The notes under the pieces were generated by a model, which saw only the letters and a program-made list of their open reading frames with translations, was not told the DNA's origin and searched no databases. This document shows, piece after piece, positions 35,344-48,479 of a DNA stretch of 64,000 nt. Source of the stretch: Octopus sinensis (lineage: Eukaryota); contig NW_021833028.1 in the NCBI RefSeq assembly GCF_006345805.1, forward strand, positions 143,463 to 207,462, given 5' to 3'. The position numbers and the translations under genes are program-made. Position 1 is the first letter of the stretch. Every line of letters begins with the position of its first letter.

Positions 35344-36035
35344 TGTGACCGGTTCATAATGAGATACGGTTGAATACGAGCCGCTAAAAAGATCGATAAT
35401 TAATATACCGATTCAAAAGGCCAATTACAATAAAGGCAAACGTTCCGAACTAATGATTGAACTTTAAATTTTTGAAAAAATGATGTTTTATATTTGAACC
35501 ATGTTTGCTTTAAAATAGTAAAATTATTTACAATATTAGCAAATTATAATGTGAATTATTTTTATTTTTGATATTATAAATTGCAACATTAGCAAATTAC
35601 AAGTTTGTAACAACTTTAACTCTAATCTTAATTTTAACTCTAACTATAAATGATTTCAACGTTATTTATAAACATATTCATCATAAAAAGACACTAAAGA
35701 AAACAGACCCTAACCCTAATCCCTGACCCTGACGCTAACCCTGACGCTAACCCAGACCCTAACCCTGATCCTAACCCTGACGCCTAACCCAGACCCTAAC
35801 CCTGATCCTAACCCTAACCCTGATCCTAACCCTGATCCTAACCCTGATCCTAACCCTGATCCTAACCCTGATCCTAACCCTGATCCTAACCCTGATCCTA
35901 ACCCTGATCCTACCCCTGATCCTAACCCTAATATGATTTAACGGCATTCACGCCATTTAACGGCTCGTATAACGCCACTTTGACGGCTCGTTTAACGGCT
36001 CGTATTCAACCTGGGCTCGTATTCAACCGGTCACA
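35344..36035. mobile_element. Non-autonomous TGT...ACA element (Ginger2/TDD-like MITE) carrying a telomere-like array
   Basis: Perfect 11-bp TIR TGTGACCGGTT / AACCGGTCACA; subterminal GGTTGAATACGAGCC inverted repeats; 5-bp TSD ATAAA; no ORF. Confidence 0.85.
35708..35931 (+). repeat. Interstitial telomere-like array (CCCTAA variants, about nine tandem CCTAACCCTGAT dodecamers)
   Basis: Read directly from the sequence. Confidence 0.95.
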
Positions 36036-36499
36036 ATAAATAAATTATAGAACAAAATAGATTAATTCTTTTTATCTCAATATAATTCTATATCTCAATA
36101 TAACTTATTATTAAATCGATTTTAAAAATAGATATTTAATTTATAATAGTTTGGTTTGTTTGAGTGTTAATGGGAAAATAGATATTTATTTTATAATAGT
36201 TTGGTTTGTTTTAGTGTTAATGGGAAATTTGACATATTTATTCAAGCCTGGCCCATATTTTTCATATTATTTGAGTCAAATCAGTCAAATTAAACTTATC
36301 CTACTTTCATTCTTGTTGATTTGGATTATACTGTCTTCCTTAGCCCTGGTTTTGCTCTGGTTTATGTATGCCGATACAATAAAAGACAACATTTTGACAA
36401 GTTTCCTTTTTTACTAATTTCAGGCCCATCTGATCTCCCGAACAAATTTGATTAAGAGAAGTTAAATTGAAACTTGTTTTTTGAACTTTTTTAATTGTT

Positions 36500-38530
36500 T
36501 ATTTTAATTTCCTGACAGCATTCCCTCATAGTAAAGATTTTAATTTCCTAAACCACATCCCCAGACTTAACCTTGTGTTCCCCTAAATTAGTACCAATTA
36601 TTTTTTGGACGGTAAACTATGACCAGTGATCACAATTCAATCATCATACGGATAAACTGTTCTCCAATGACCCGAGAGAAATATGATTCCTACTATGATT
36701 ACAATTATGAAAAATGGTCGGCTTATAAGAAATACGTCGATACGAAACTTTCCACATTCTATCCGGGACCCAACTCCCTCAATAGGGCAGCCCAATACTT
36801 CAAATGTCCAAAAACGTTTCCGGAAAATATCAAAAAGAAAACAAAATCCAGAAATTGTCAAACTGATAAAGGAAAGAAACTTCAAACGCAAAAAATTTCT
36901 AACCAAAGAAACAACTAAGAGAATAAGGACACTGAATATGGCGATCCGGAGCAAGGTAGACAGTCAAAAAAGCAAGAAGCTGGGGAGGATATCATCAGCT
37001 ATGAAAAGGAATAGTCCACTGTCTAGGATGTGGAAGATGCTACGTAAATTTCGGGACTATGATGCACAGACAGCACTGTGTCTCAATCAGCTACAAACCA
37101 TATCAGAAACACAATAGGCCACCAAATTCTGTGCGAAAACCAAAAAAGGGACATCTATCAACCCATTTTCTACCTGGTCAGACGGAATATCAATGATTCT
37201 GCTCAATAAACTGGGCCCTGTAGCTATCACGGCATTAACGGCCACCTACAACCATTCAGTAAATGAAAACAGTATTCCAAATATATGGAAACAATCCAAA
37301 ATCCATCCAATCTTAAAACCTGGGAAGGAGAGGAACGAACCAGGATCATATAGGCCAATATCTCTATTTTGTGCCCCTTCGAGAATTCTTGAAAAGTTGA
37401 TTCTTTGCAGTATTTTATCCCGGAAGCAGGCTTTCAACATGGCTTCAAGAAAGGACTGCCAACAACATCTCATCTATCGTCCCTGGAAAAATTTATTACA
37501 AAAGGGTTGGAAAGGAAACCTAAACAGGAAAAAACGATTGTATACTCAATTGATATTCACAAGGCTTTTGACACGGTCTCCCGAAAAATTCTTACGCAGA
37601 AAATTTACTCGTTGAATATTTAACCAAATTTAAAACTATGGCTTGCCAATTTTCTGAATGAACGTGGAGGTAGAATCTACAAGGGCAATCGAAGATCTGT
37701 ATCGATGCTACTACCGAATGGAGTGCCACAAGGTTCCCTTTATCCCTCGTATTATTCAACCTAATGTTGAACGATATGCCTCTTCCTGAAAACAAGAATG
37801 ACATTTTACTATCATATGCGGATGATATATTCGTTGCATCGAGGGATATATGTGTCAGCGAAGCTACAAGAAGATTGCAGAAAAATATAAATAACCTGTG
37901 TATATGGCTCAATGCCAATCTGTTGAAAGCAAGCCCGGAAAAGTCTGAGATAACCTTATTCACAACTAACAAAAGACTGGGGAATTTGTCGATAAATGTG
38001 ACCATGGAAGGGAAATCAATTCCTCAAAATAAAACTCTAAAGATAATAGGGATTACCTTTGACACCTTTCTAACCTTTACTCCCCATACGGAAAACGTGT
38101 TGACGAAATGCAATAAGAAATTAAACTTTTCTAAAGCATTTCTTGGAAACTTGGAAGACGCCAAAGGAACTTACGGATTAGAGTCTCTATACACTCAATA
38201 CATTAAACCTACAATTGGTTACGGATGTACAGTATGAGGAAGCAATCTAGCATATACAAATTAAAAAAATCGACAATATTCAAATGGAGATTGTAAACCT
38301 CCTAGTGAATGTCACGGGGAACAAAATTCAACCAAAGGGACTAGAAGAAATCGTGAAAGAAAACGGTGGAGACCTCAGGAAAAAAGACCATGTTAGGGAT
38401 CCCCAACCTTTTAGACAATGCACTGTAGAACACAGAGAAAAGATGCGAAGGTTTCTAAAAGAGGCTGGGATCATCTGAAATAGCTAATTATGATTATGAC
38501 GGTGTTTTTGGTCCTAATAAAAAATTAAAA
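36500..38530 (+). mobile_element. Vingi/Ingi-like APE-RT LINE, 5'-truncated and frameshifted
   Basis: APE tail TSPDLTL...MTSDHNSII; RT motifs SYRPISL, QHGFKK, IDIHKAFD, GVPQGS and YADD; ends KEAGII*, then TATGACGGTG and AATAAA. Confidence 0.9.
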
Positions 38531-38697
38531 AAAATAGTGCTATAGAAACAACGTATAAATCATGATTCCATCTCTCGTACTTTATAGTAGGCTTGTCTCC
38601 TATAAGAAAGGTGGGAATATTTAAGACTTGTTCTTCAAGATGGAGGATCTAACCTAATTATTTATTCATGTTTTATTAAATAATTTCATTGTTATGT

Positions 38698-41694
38698 CTA
38701 TTTAAACTGTTTTATGTTTTTTCGAAGAGAACTGATTTGAGATTTAAGACTAGAGATCGTCTTTTCAAAATCCTTTTGTCAAAAAGCTTTTCAAACCTCT
38801 CTAACAGACGTTGGAAGTTGGTTCATCGAAGATTCTTCATATTCAATTTTCATTTTACGTAACTTCAAGTCAACTAATTTATCAAAAATACTGCTGATTG
38901 ATAATTGCTCTGACTTTCGACAAGAGCCTCTTTAAGTTGCTGAATAACTCGATCTTTGCGATTGCTTTCATGTACAGCCAACTAATAATTATTCATATTT
39001 TCCAGCCTTGAAGCGTTCATTTGTTTTTATATCTTTCGCTCCAATTTCCATCATACATGACTCCAACTCCGCGTACTTTGATTCCCAGGTACTTATATCG
39101 TTTTTGTGAATATTTTGCAATGCAGCGTGCCTTTCCGCTAACTGTTCATATGCCTATCAATGACAGGCTACTTTTAAACCCGTTTGGATTGGTGCTTGGT
39201 TGTTTGTAGCTCTTGGTTTATCTTGTTATATTTATCTTCTTGCTAAATATTATTAATGTAAATGATTAGTGCCTCTTTAATTAGCAGTTCTCGTTCTTTT
39301 TCATATTTTTGCATTACTTCGTTGAGGCGGAAGGAATTCTGTTCTGAAACAGATTTTAGCTGTGGAGTAATATATAAATAATACTCTATTTTCGTAATTT
39401 TGCTCAATATTTTGTAGAATTTGACAATTATCATTATTCATTTCGGCACAGTATGCGCTATGGCGGTTGTCCTGATCTTGAATTTGTTGTTTCAATTTTT
39501 GAATAATTTGCTCATTTTTGTCAATTGTCTATTCGGTCAATAAAATTTGTAACATTTTGTAATTTTGTGTTTTTTTCACAAAACTCATTTCTAAACAAAT
39601 CATGCTCTTTATTCATTTTGGTTTCGGTTGCTTTAAGATTTTGTCGATGTAAACTTGCACACTTTTCTAGACCTTCTTTGTATTGTGTTGCGAGCCCGTC
39701 AATTTTTGTTTCGTAGTCGTTCACGATGTCTTTAATACGTTCTTCTATTTCTGCCTTGCTTTTTTGATGGCCAAGAATAGTTAATTCCTGCTTCTTTTTC
39801 AAAATTTCGATTTCTTCAGTCAATTCAGCAATCTTCAAGTTTAAACAAATCATCAACCTGGTTATCTTTATCGGTAATGACGTACATCCACTTTTCGTCT
39901 AAAGCAGTCATTTTCAGTTCATTTTGTGTTCGTTCCTTTTCCAATTCAGTCTCCAATTTGACATTTTCAATTTTATATTTTCTTAAAAATAGCTCAAATT
40001 TTTACTCCAATTTGTTCTGCATTTCAAAATTGAGCTTTGACGTGTTACTCTCACGCTCGTGGTTGGCGGCAGTCGTTTTGAAAAGCTGCAGTAAAAATGT
40101 TTATTTTTACCTCTTCTTCAAAAAGTTTTCTTACTTCAAACAGTTTTTTATCAAAATTTTCTTCTTGTTTCTTCCAAAGTTAAAAAATTTGACGGACCTG
40201 TAATTCTTGCTGTCTCTGAGTTTCGCATTTGTTCAGACTTAAGTTTAGGCTCGATATTTCTGACTGAAGTTTGCATATTTTTGTTTTATACTGCAAATAT
40301 TTGACAAACTATTACTTTAGTACATTCAATGCTTCTTTCTTGTTGAAGACACTGAATCTCGGCTTTCAGTTCGTCTCTCTGAGACTCGACATTTTTGTTG
40401 TATTCTTCAAACATGTATTTGTTTTGGTCATGTTCGAGTTGGTATCTGGAATTGAATCTATTTAATTATGACTTATTTTTTTCTCGGTTCAGATTTTTGT
40501 CGACATGTTCGACCTTTTGTTTCAGTTTTGCATTTTCAGCTTGTAAGGCAGTGTTGGCCATCGTTAGAGTCCCTGCCTGTTCTATTTGCTCTTGAATTCT
40601 TGCTTCCATTTCTTCAATGAATACTTTCTATCATTCAGTAGGCAGATCTCACCAGAGAACTCATCTGAGCCTCGTTCTCCTCTTGAATTGCTTGAATTCG
40701 TTGAAAAGTTTCATCGTTCAGTCGTTTCAGTGCTTCGTTGTGGTTCAATGCAATTTCTTCCTTTTCTCGTTGGTGATTAATTTCCATCGTAATTTTCTGA
40801 ATTGGGTGATTAAAACTTACTTTTTCATTCCAATTTGACTCGCTTGTAGTCATATTTTGTGCCTGCTTCCTTTTTATGTGATACAGTTGTTCATTGTAGT
40901 CCTGTTCGATATAGGTTGCTCTTTTTTCAGAATCCTCCAAGGCAATCTCCAGTTTCTCGATTCTTTGATCTGAGTTTTCTTTAAGAGTCCTTATTTCTTC
41001 ATTTTTCTTGTCCAATATCTACAATATTGCACGTTTTTAAACGTTTCGGATTTCCTGATCAAAGTTTTTTTGAATCTTCACTTGGTCGTCGTAAAATTTT
41101 GATTCCAAGATTTTTGTGTTTAATTCGATCTAAAAAGTTTTTTTCAATACATTTTTAACTTCTTTTTCGATGATTGACTTGAACGGCAAATTAAGCGCCC
41201 CAGACTTTGTCGAATCTGGGGATATCTTAAGATAAGAATTATTAGACAAAACCCGTCGGGAATCAATTCGGTACTGTTTAAAGTCAATTTTATTTCGAAT
41301 CTCTTTTTCCCGTCTACTATTCCTAAAATCGATATTCAATAATTTGAGAGACTGGATTTGTAGGCCATGAGGACTTGTCGTTGATCTACTAAAACTGTTT
41401 TCACCTGGAGGATATTGAAAAATTCCTTCGAGCTTGTTTTTCCTAAGACAGTCAAGTAGCAAATCGAGGTAAAAATTTCGGAATTTTCTAACATTTTTTT
41501 ATTTTGTTTTACTTGTCTGTGGTTTCGTAATCTTTGCTGTTACGGAGATGTTCAATCCAATTATGAGCAGTTTTTTGGTCTTTATTAGCGATTCAATAAA
41601 TTTTACCCAGATGTAAATTTAGATTGCCTATTAATGAATTTGCTTCTTCGATCTTTTTAGAAAATTCTGCGTTAAGTTGATGGTCAACTGACAT
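38698..41694 (-). CDS. CEP112: Centrosomal protein 112 (CCDC46), long coiled coil, many exons
   Basis: Spliced N-terminus LNAEF...NWIEHL...FRNFYLDLLLDCLRKNKLEGIFQYPP (DUF4485-like) and C-terminus IEYEE...LPTSVRE|DFEKTISSLKSQI. Internal exons not all resolved. Confidence 0.8.
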
Positions 41695-41889
41695 TTTTAG
41701 TTTGGTGAAAATTTTATTGTCGATATGGTTACTTAATATTTAAATTGAAAAAAATTACATTAAAATATTAAGTAGTTAATGATTAATCATTGTTAATTTA
41801 ATTTAAGTTCCTTGTTATTTCTTTTTTTGATAATAGCTGTTTTTATTTTTAAAAAATGATTACAGGGAAAGAAAGAGCACGATCAAAAG

Positions 41890-42335
41890 GCACATGCGGC
41901 TGCACGCTTGATGGAGTGTGCATTATCCCGAACGAAAGCTGTTCTGATTTGTTGGAACAATCATAACACTTTCCTGGGCTACTTACGTCGCATAGCGACT
42001 TCTCCTTTGACTTCATTAATGAAACAAGTCTTTAGAAGGCCGGTTATTCCTAGATATCTTCACAGTAAGAGGAATGAACGATACCGTTGCCCAAGTTGGC
42101 AATTTTTCTCTGTCCTGCAGTATCTGCTGCAGAATTTTGAAAAACACCAAAAAAGCCATTTTAGTTTTGGAATTAGTGTCAACACACGTTGAATCCCAAG
42201 TCAACGATTCTTCATAGGAGTAAGGAAAGGTGGTCATTCCATCGGGTTTTTTCTTATGTCCACCATCTAGGCCCTCTGGCTCTACCATCAAGGGGAAGCC
42301 CGCCAACTCAAGAGTTTGTAAGATAACATTGTTAA
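41890..42335 (-). mobile_element. CRE-like 3' fragment (RLE domain)
   Basis: LELAGFPLMVEPEGL...KKPDGMTTFP...WDSTCVDT and LFQQIRTAFVRDNA motifs. Confidence 0.85.
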
Positions 42336-42399
42336 CATGCAACTATTAAGGGTGGTCTTGGATGGGCTATCTAAAATTATTTGTCCTGGCAAAAATGCG

Positions 42400-43560
42400 T
42401 CTGATAGTCAACACCAAAAAACTAAGATCATAATTATCTCAGTCACAACACAAGACTTTGGTCTAGTAATAGAGAATATTTCGGAAACCTTGGCAGGCAC
42501 AAAACAAGCACACGTCAATGATGGTTATTTTCTCGTGTCTACAATTTAATTTCAAAAGTTTACACCAGCATCATAATTAAAATGAATCCACTCTACTACT
42601 GTCTGTTTTGGAAAATGTCCACAATCACGATCATGGAGGAAGACTAGGAACACAATCGCGATTACAAGTCTTATTTTTGTCCTGAGACAAACATTTTGCT
42701 ACTCCAAATTCGTTTCAGTTTTATCATTGTACTTCTGCACATTGCCATCCGTTTATTGATTTTCGAGACACAACCACCATCTCTAGTTATCTGACTATCC
42801 AGAAAGATATTTTTTTAACACATTCTATGTTTGGCCATTATTTTGGTTTTTTTTAATTTATAAAAAGACCAAATATGCACTTTTCCTCCACTCTCAACAT
42901 TAACTTCCTCAACCCATCCTCTATTTCCGAAAAAAGTGTTATCGTCCGCATATCAAAGATTATTTATATTTAGGCCACCAATTTTAATTCCGATATTATT
43001 TCACAATTAAACTTCTTCATAATTTTCTCAGTGTAAATATTAAACAGGAGGAAAAATATAATAAAACCTTGTCTAACATCCCTCTCAATAGTGAAACAAT
43101 CTGCATAATGAGTTTGCACAAACCTCTTTTGGTCTCTATAGAGAAGTTTAATTATCCATATTAGATGACGGGGAACTCCAAATTCTTCCAGCACAACCAG
43201 TAGTTTATCTAAGTATATAATGTAAAGTTTTGCGATAATCGACAAATTTAAGGAAACTTCTGAGATTCACGGAATTATTGCATAATTTACCAGAGACTGA
43301 AAATGTCTCTCTTACCACGACCACGTCTAAAACCAGCAGGATAAATGAATAGAATCTTTCCAGAAATTGGATATAAACGTTTTTTTATTATCTTAAGAAG
43401 TTCATTAAACAAAGTTACAAATCTGGTCATTACTATTTAATTCTTGGTATTGCTTAACGACCGGGAATCTCGATCCTTCTAAAACCTTGTAGACCTTATT
43501 ACCTCAACCTCAAGATTTATGGAAACAGTTTTTTTAGCTACACCTACCTGGTTAATGCTG
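42400..43560 (-). mobile_element. Decayed RTE-clade LINE (RT)
   Basis: LEEFGVPRHLIWIIKLLY...IERDVRQG..LFNIYTEKIM, followed by a YADD remnant near 42950. Confidence 0.75.
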
Positions 43561-43751
43561 GTTCCTGCACTAAATAATGGTAAAACGTGAGTCATATATT
43601 TGTGTAAAAAAGTGATCTAAGACCGAAAAATCAGGGTAAGGCCACTTGCAAGAATTAGAGTTTTATTTTTTAATAGCTTGGTTTTTACTATTTAAAATTA
43701 TATTTTAATATTGATGTAAATGTATTAGAATTGTTTCTATGGAACTTTAAA

Positions 43752-44708
43752 ATGCCTCCTGAGCAACGCAAGAAAAATTTGTTTGAAAGAAATAAATATA
43801 CAAAATCGGAGAGAGAAATTGAATTGCGACTATCGTAAAATATCACTTTATTTCCCAGATTGAACCGACTACATGAAAAAATATTTGAAATAAAAAATAG
43901 AAATCGAGATTTGTATTAATCTATCATCACTACTAGAATTGCTGAAAACCAAGAATTGGAAGAACGGCGACAAATTCTCACAATTCAAAACGTGAAGAAC
44001 TAAATTATTTGATTAGAATGAATACATGCAATATTTGAATAAAAAAATTGACAAAAGAAGAAACAACATCATTACAGTAGAAGATTACTACCAACAACAA
44101 CACGACAAATTGGTCAAAGAAAACATAGAAAAAGCAAAAGAACACGAAAAAGAGAAAAAAGGTGAATTCCAATTTGTATTTTCCGTTGATAGAGCTACAG
44201 CGTATCCTTTCTGACAAGCAAAATGTTCTAAAGGAAACTCGAGAAAAATTGGTTTCGCTCGATGGGATTAAAGTAAGAACAATTATAATCCCAAAACAGA
44301 AAATTTATGACGAAAATGTTTCTAAGATATCGAATATAGAGAAAAAAATTAACGAACGCACAATTTCGTTCTCCTTGCAGTTTAAAGAACTCCAAGCAAA
44401 TGCAATGAAGAACGCTCTTTCGAATAATAGATCTGCTCAAAATGCAATCAAGTCATTACAGCTGGATATCAACAATGTATAGTTTTTAGGTCATTTAGAA
44501 CGTAATTCAATGTATGGAAGATTTTTCTAAAAATATAATTGAAGACAATAACAAACTGAGAAAGGTACTCGAAAAAATTTTAGCTACGATAAAAAATCTT
44601 CGCCAAAAAAAAGAGACCCTAAAAAAACAAAAATCCAAACTCGAAACCGAAATTTCCATAAATGTTGATCTTGATAGACTTCGAAAATCTCGAATCATAC
44701 AAAATTAA
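43752..44708 (+). CDS. Coiled-coil protein, CCDC166/CCDC121 (DUF4515)-like, about 7 exons
   Basis: An open frame is recovered across six 22-31 nt GT-AG introns. ENQELE...NNEYMQYL and DFSKNIIEDNNKLRKVL resemble recalled CCDC166 motifs; the family call is tentative. Confidence 0.65.
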
Positions 44709-44779
44709 AAATTAATAAATTATTTAAAAATCTAATTTCAAACACTATTTTTTTAATATTATAATTTTTTAGTCTTTTT

Positions 44780-45640
44780 AAATTTATAAATTTGGAAAAC
44801 AGAACACTGGGAGAAGTTTAAACCAAAAGAGATATACTGCGAGGTGATTCTCTCTCATCTCTTATCTTTGTGTTGTTAATGACTCTCTGAGCGGAAAATT
44901 CCCGAATGTAATGATGGAAACTCAGGTTAAATTCAGTAAACTTGTTCAAAGCTATAAACGAACGCGCACTTTCCCTTTATAACTATTTTTATTTATTTAT
45001 TTTAAAATATTTATTTATTACATTGGACTGATTGATATTGAGCCCGGAGAGTTTGACCAGATTGATAAAAATATCCGTCGAATTTTTATGAACAGTTATA
45101 TCCACTTGAAACCCGAAAACAAAGAAGGACCTAAACTTCTAAGAAAGGAATTCAGGAGAGGCCTGGAGTCAGCTATTAATAAAGCGGAAGGAATGTCCCA
45201 CCAATTTTTGAAACATAAGGAAAACTACTGCCCTAGAAAAGCAGGAATTCTGTTCGTCATTAATTCAAAAAAACAGATATGGGCACTATCGCAGAATTCT
45301 CCTCTCAAAAATACGATGAAAATATAAATGAATTGACAATATCGGACCTGATGGAAATCCAACGTGAATATTTATGAAAAAAATCGGAAAAAGGGCTTGC
45401 ACTTTATTCTGTCCCAATGCCTAAAAAATATTGAAGTTGAGGTTAATGAGACTTGCGAGTGGCTAATCCACAGAATTCTATCCCGAATAACAAATCCGAC
45501 ATATTTGTTCACGAAAAATCGAGTAACACAATTCTATTTATCAAGGTGGGATCACTTCACAAAGTTGTCGGGTAAAATCGACGATAAAAGAGAAATTCAG
45601 TGTTTGTCTGTTGCTTTCTGCTTTTATAAAATTTACATCA
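44780..45640 (+). mobile_element. Internally deleted R2/R4-like element
   Basis: ENRTLGEV..DILRGDSLS, LFKAINERALSLYNY and IGLIDIEPGEF are homologous to 31300-31500. Confidence 0.8.
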
Positions 45641-45815
45641 TAACTAATTAATTGCCTAACTAAGTCTTGAGCCCTTGAAATAAACAAGAAGCGGCACTCC
45701 ACAGACCTCCGTCCCTTCTCCCTCTCTTCTCTGGCTCTGTAGACCTTTGAGAAGGTGCAGTTCAGCGCTTCTCGCTGACTAGATGTCAGGAAAGGGCAGT
45801 ATCGGTGAGCATTAT
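45640..45815 (-). mobile_element. 3' end of an R2/R4-like element
   Basis: Its reverse complement aligns by eye at roughly 80% with 60440-60605. Confidence 0.75.
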
Positions 45816-45903
45816 TGAAATTTATAGTATAACTATTTAATTATTGCCGTAACTTTTTATTCTCTGAGTCGTAAAAAAATATCTTAAAGGTAATTAAGTT
45901 ACC

Positions 45904-47730
45904 ATGGAAAGTTGTCCTCTATGTTCGATTAAAGTAAATTAAATACTTAATTAACCAATAAATCGCGCAGAAAACTGCAATTTAAAAGACCACAATATAT
46001 TTTTCTATAAATTCAACCTATTCCGACTATAATTACATAAGATAATAGATAAAATAATTTCTGAAAAAGTAATTTTTATGAAAGATATTGAAAATTTTCA
46101 TTTAACGAAAAAAAATTTGCCACTGATGTTTCTGTACCGTCTTTAAAAATTTTAGAGATAATGTCGAATGGGAAGACCCTTTAGAAGTTATTCTATTTCG
46201 CTCGAACTACGGTTCATTTGGCTTAAGCGTAATTGGTATGATTCTAAATACCAATAGTAAGCACATTTTGGGACATTGGATATTATCAAAAAAACAGAAT
46301 TTTTTATCTATCGAACACTCCCAAATAGTAGTGCATGTGTGGATTTTGATCTGAGGTCAGGAGATAAAATATTGGAAGTATCTATAAAATAAAATATAAG
46401 CAGATTAACAATATTCATGCCGAATGCCTCGATTATGATGAAGTTAAAAAACTTTTCGAGGAAGCCAAAAATAGCGTTGTTTTGCTTGTCCAAAAATTTG
46501 ATCGAACAAAAAGCCAACACGAAAAACTTCCATTTGTACAAAAACTTCTTTCTTTTGTCGAAAAAGATGTTGAACCTACTAATTTCAATAGCCAAACAAA
46601 CAAGTTATCAGCCTGTATAACTAACAAAAATAATAATTAGGGGAACTGACTGAACAATATGCAAAAAATGGAGGGGAAATCATTGTCAAAAAAATTTCAC
46701 TTCCTGTCGGTGAATTGGGAATTAAATTAGTCGGACAAAACCGAGACGAATCCTCATACGGAATATTTATCAAACACATATCTTCTGACAGCATCCTTGC
46801 TGATACGTTCATGGTCGACGATGAGATTATTCAGGTAAATTATGCTCAAAAAACCAGATTAATGATGAGTTCATTCAAGGTAAACATCACGTCGTAGCGG
46901 CAGGAACTATAAAATCGAATTGTTCTGAAGATCTGATGATTGTGGGTCACCGGTAGTCTTGTTAATATATAATATAGGAAAACTAGCGAATCTCAAGATT
47001 CTCAAAAGGTAAATAATCTTGTCTATTTTGACTGCGAGTGTAAAATCTCCTATTTCTGAATCACCAAATGCAAATCTAATAAACGAATTCAAATTTGAAA
47101 TTTTGAGTAATTCTAATCCAATTGGTTTGGCCCTTTTTGGTGGGGATGACACAGATATGGTAAATTCGATTTTTTGAAAAATAGGAAGGAGTCTATGTGA
47201 TCGATATTTATCGGACTGGCGCTGCATTTTTGGATCAAAGAATAGCTATCGGAGACCAAATAATTCGAGTGATTTTTAAAAATAACTAAACTAGTACTGC
47301 GGTAGTGACTTGGCTTTGATGTCAAATGGAGATCTGAATACAGCTATTGAGAATATTCAGGAAATATACTTTATTGATATTCTTCGGAGAGAAAACGTTG
47401 CGGCACGTTTATTAGGGAAAAAATATGAAATAAAATTTATTTTTGTTGATCTATCGAAAGCAAATGAAATTGACATTGAGGATAAATTTAATTCTACTGG
47501 AGCTTACGTTAAGAAAAATGTGTTACTATAATTTAACAGCGTAGTGTCAAGAAATCGGCTTAAAGATAGGAGACTGGGTTATTTCATTAGACGGAGAAGA
47601 AGTGCACAGTTTGAGTTCTGCTCAAATTAAGGAAAAAATGGAGGTTAAATTGTGACATATTTTTAAGAAAATTGACAGAAGCTTTAAAATTGAGATAGCA
47701 AGAGACACCAAAGATAAAACAACAAATTAA
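45904..47730 (+). CDS. Multi-PDZ scaffold protein (about 4 PDZ domains; MPDZ/PATJ/InaD-like); start uncertain
   Basis: GSFGLSVI...SGDKILE|IN, LGIKLVG...GIFIKHI...DDEIIQ, GVYVIDIYRTGAA.LDQRIAIGDQII and GLKIGDWVISLDG; 24-26 nt introns. Confidence 0.75.
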
Positions 47731-47859
47731 TAACATTCAAATAATTTAAATATTAAAAAAACAATAAATTAACAATTTTTTAAAGCAACTCTCAAAAAAA
47801 TATAGAATTAGCTGATTCAATATTTTAATATATATTAAAAATATTTAAATAAACAAATT

Positions 47860-48411
47860 ATGAATATAAAGGTTCAAATGCACAATGAGTTCATGCTGGA
47901 GGCATTTAAGGAAGCTGAGACTTCTTTATTTAAAAACGAAGTTCCAATAGGATGTGTACTTGTACAAAACTCGAAAATAATAGCCCGTAGCCACAACATG
48001 ACAAACCAAACCTCAAATGCTACTCGCCATGCCGAATTTGTGGCAATCGACAATGTCTGCCTGTACTCCTCATTAATAGGCTAGAAGCGAGGGAATCATT
48101 TCTTACGAGGACTGTGAGTTATATGTAACCATTGAGCCATGTATAATGTGCACAGCAATGCTCATGAGTAGCGGGGTTAGAAGGTAGGTACTCGATTTTT
48201 GTATTTAAGAGTGTTTTTTGGGGGTTATAATGACCGATTTGGAGGATGTGGGTCGGTTTTGGACGTCGTTGCGGATAATCCTGACAATTTGAGTGCACTT
48301 CCTGAGTTTGTAGGTGGATTCATGGCAGAGAGAGCGATCGAGATTTTAAAAGTGTTTTATAAAAATGAGAATCAGAACGCTCCTCCGACTAAAAGAATTC
48401 GAAAAATATAA
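47860..48411 (+). CDS. ADAT2: tRNA-specific adenosine-34 deaminase catalytic subunit, 3 exons
   Basis: NEVPIGCV, ATRHAEFVAID, LYVTIEPCIMC and DRFGGCGSV motifs; introns at 48055-48079 (25 nt) and 48184-48209 (26 nt). Confidence 0.95.
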
Positions 48412-48479
48412 TCTTTTAAAATTTTTCTTAAATATTTCTTGTAAATATCTATTTATTGATTCCAATTTTTTAGGAGATC

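Noticed and set aside
36120-36417. Hydrophobic 88-aa ORF resembling a membrane protein
   Set aside because: T-rich low-complexity DNA containing a ~50-bp tandem duplication, with a TTG start; most likely a spurious ORF.
46236-46270. Possible GT-TG intron in the PDZ gene
   Set aside because: A canonical 26-nt GT-AG intron (ending AGTAAG) restores the frame.
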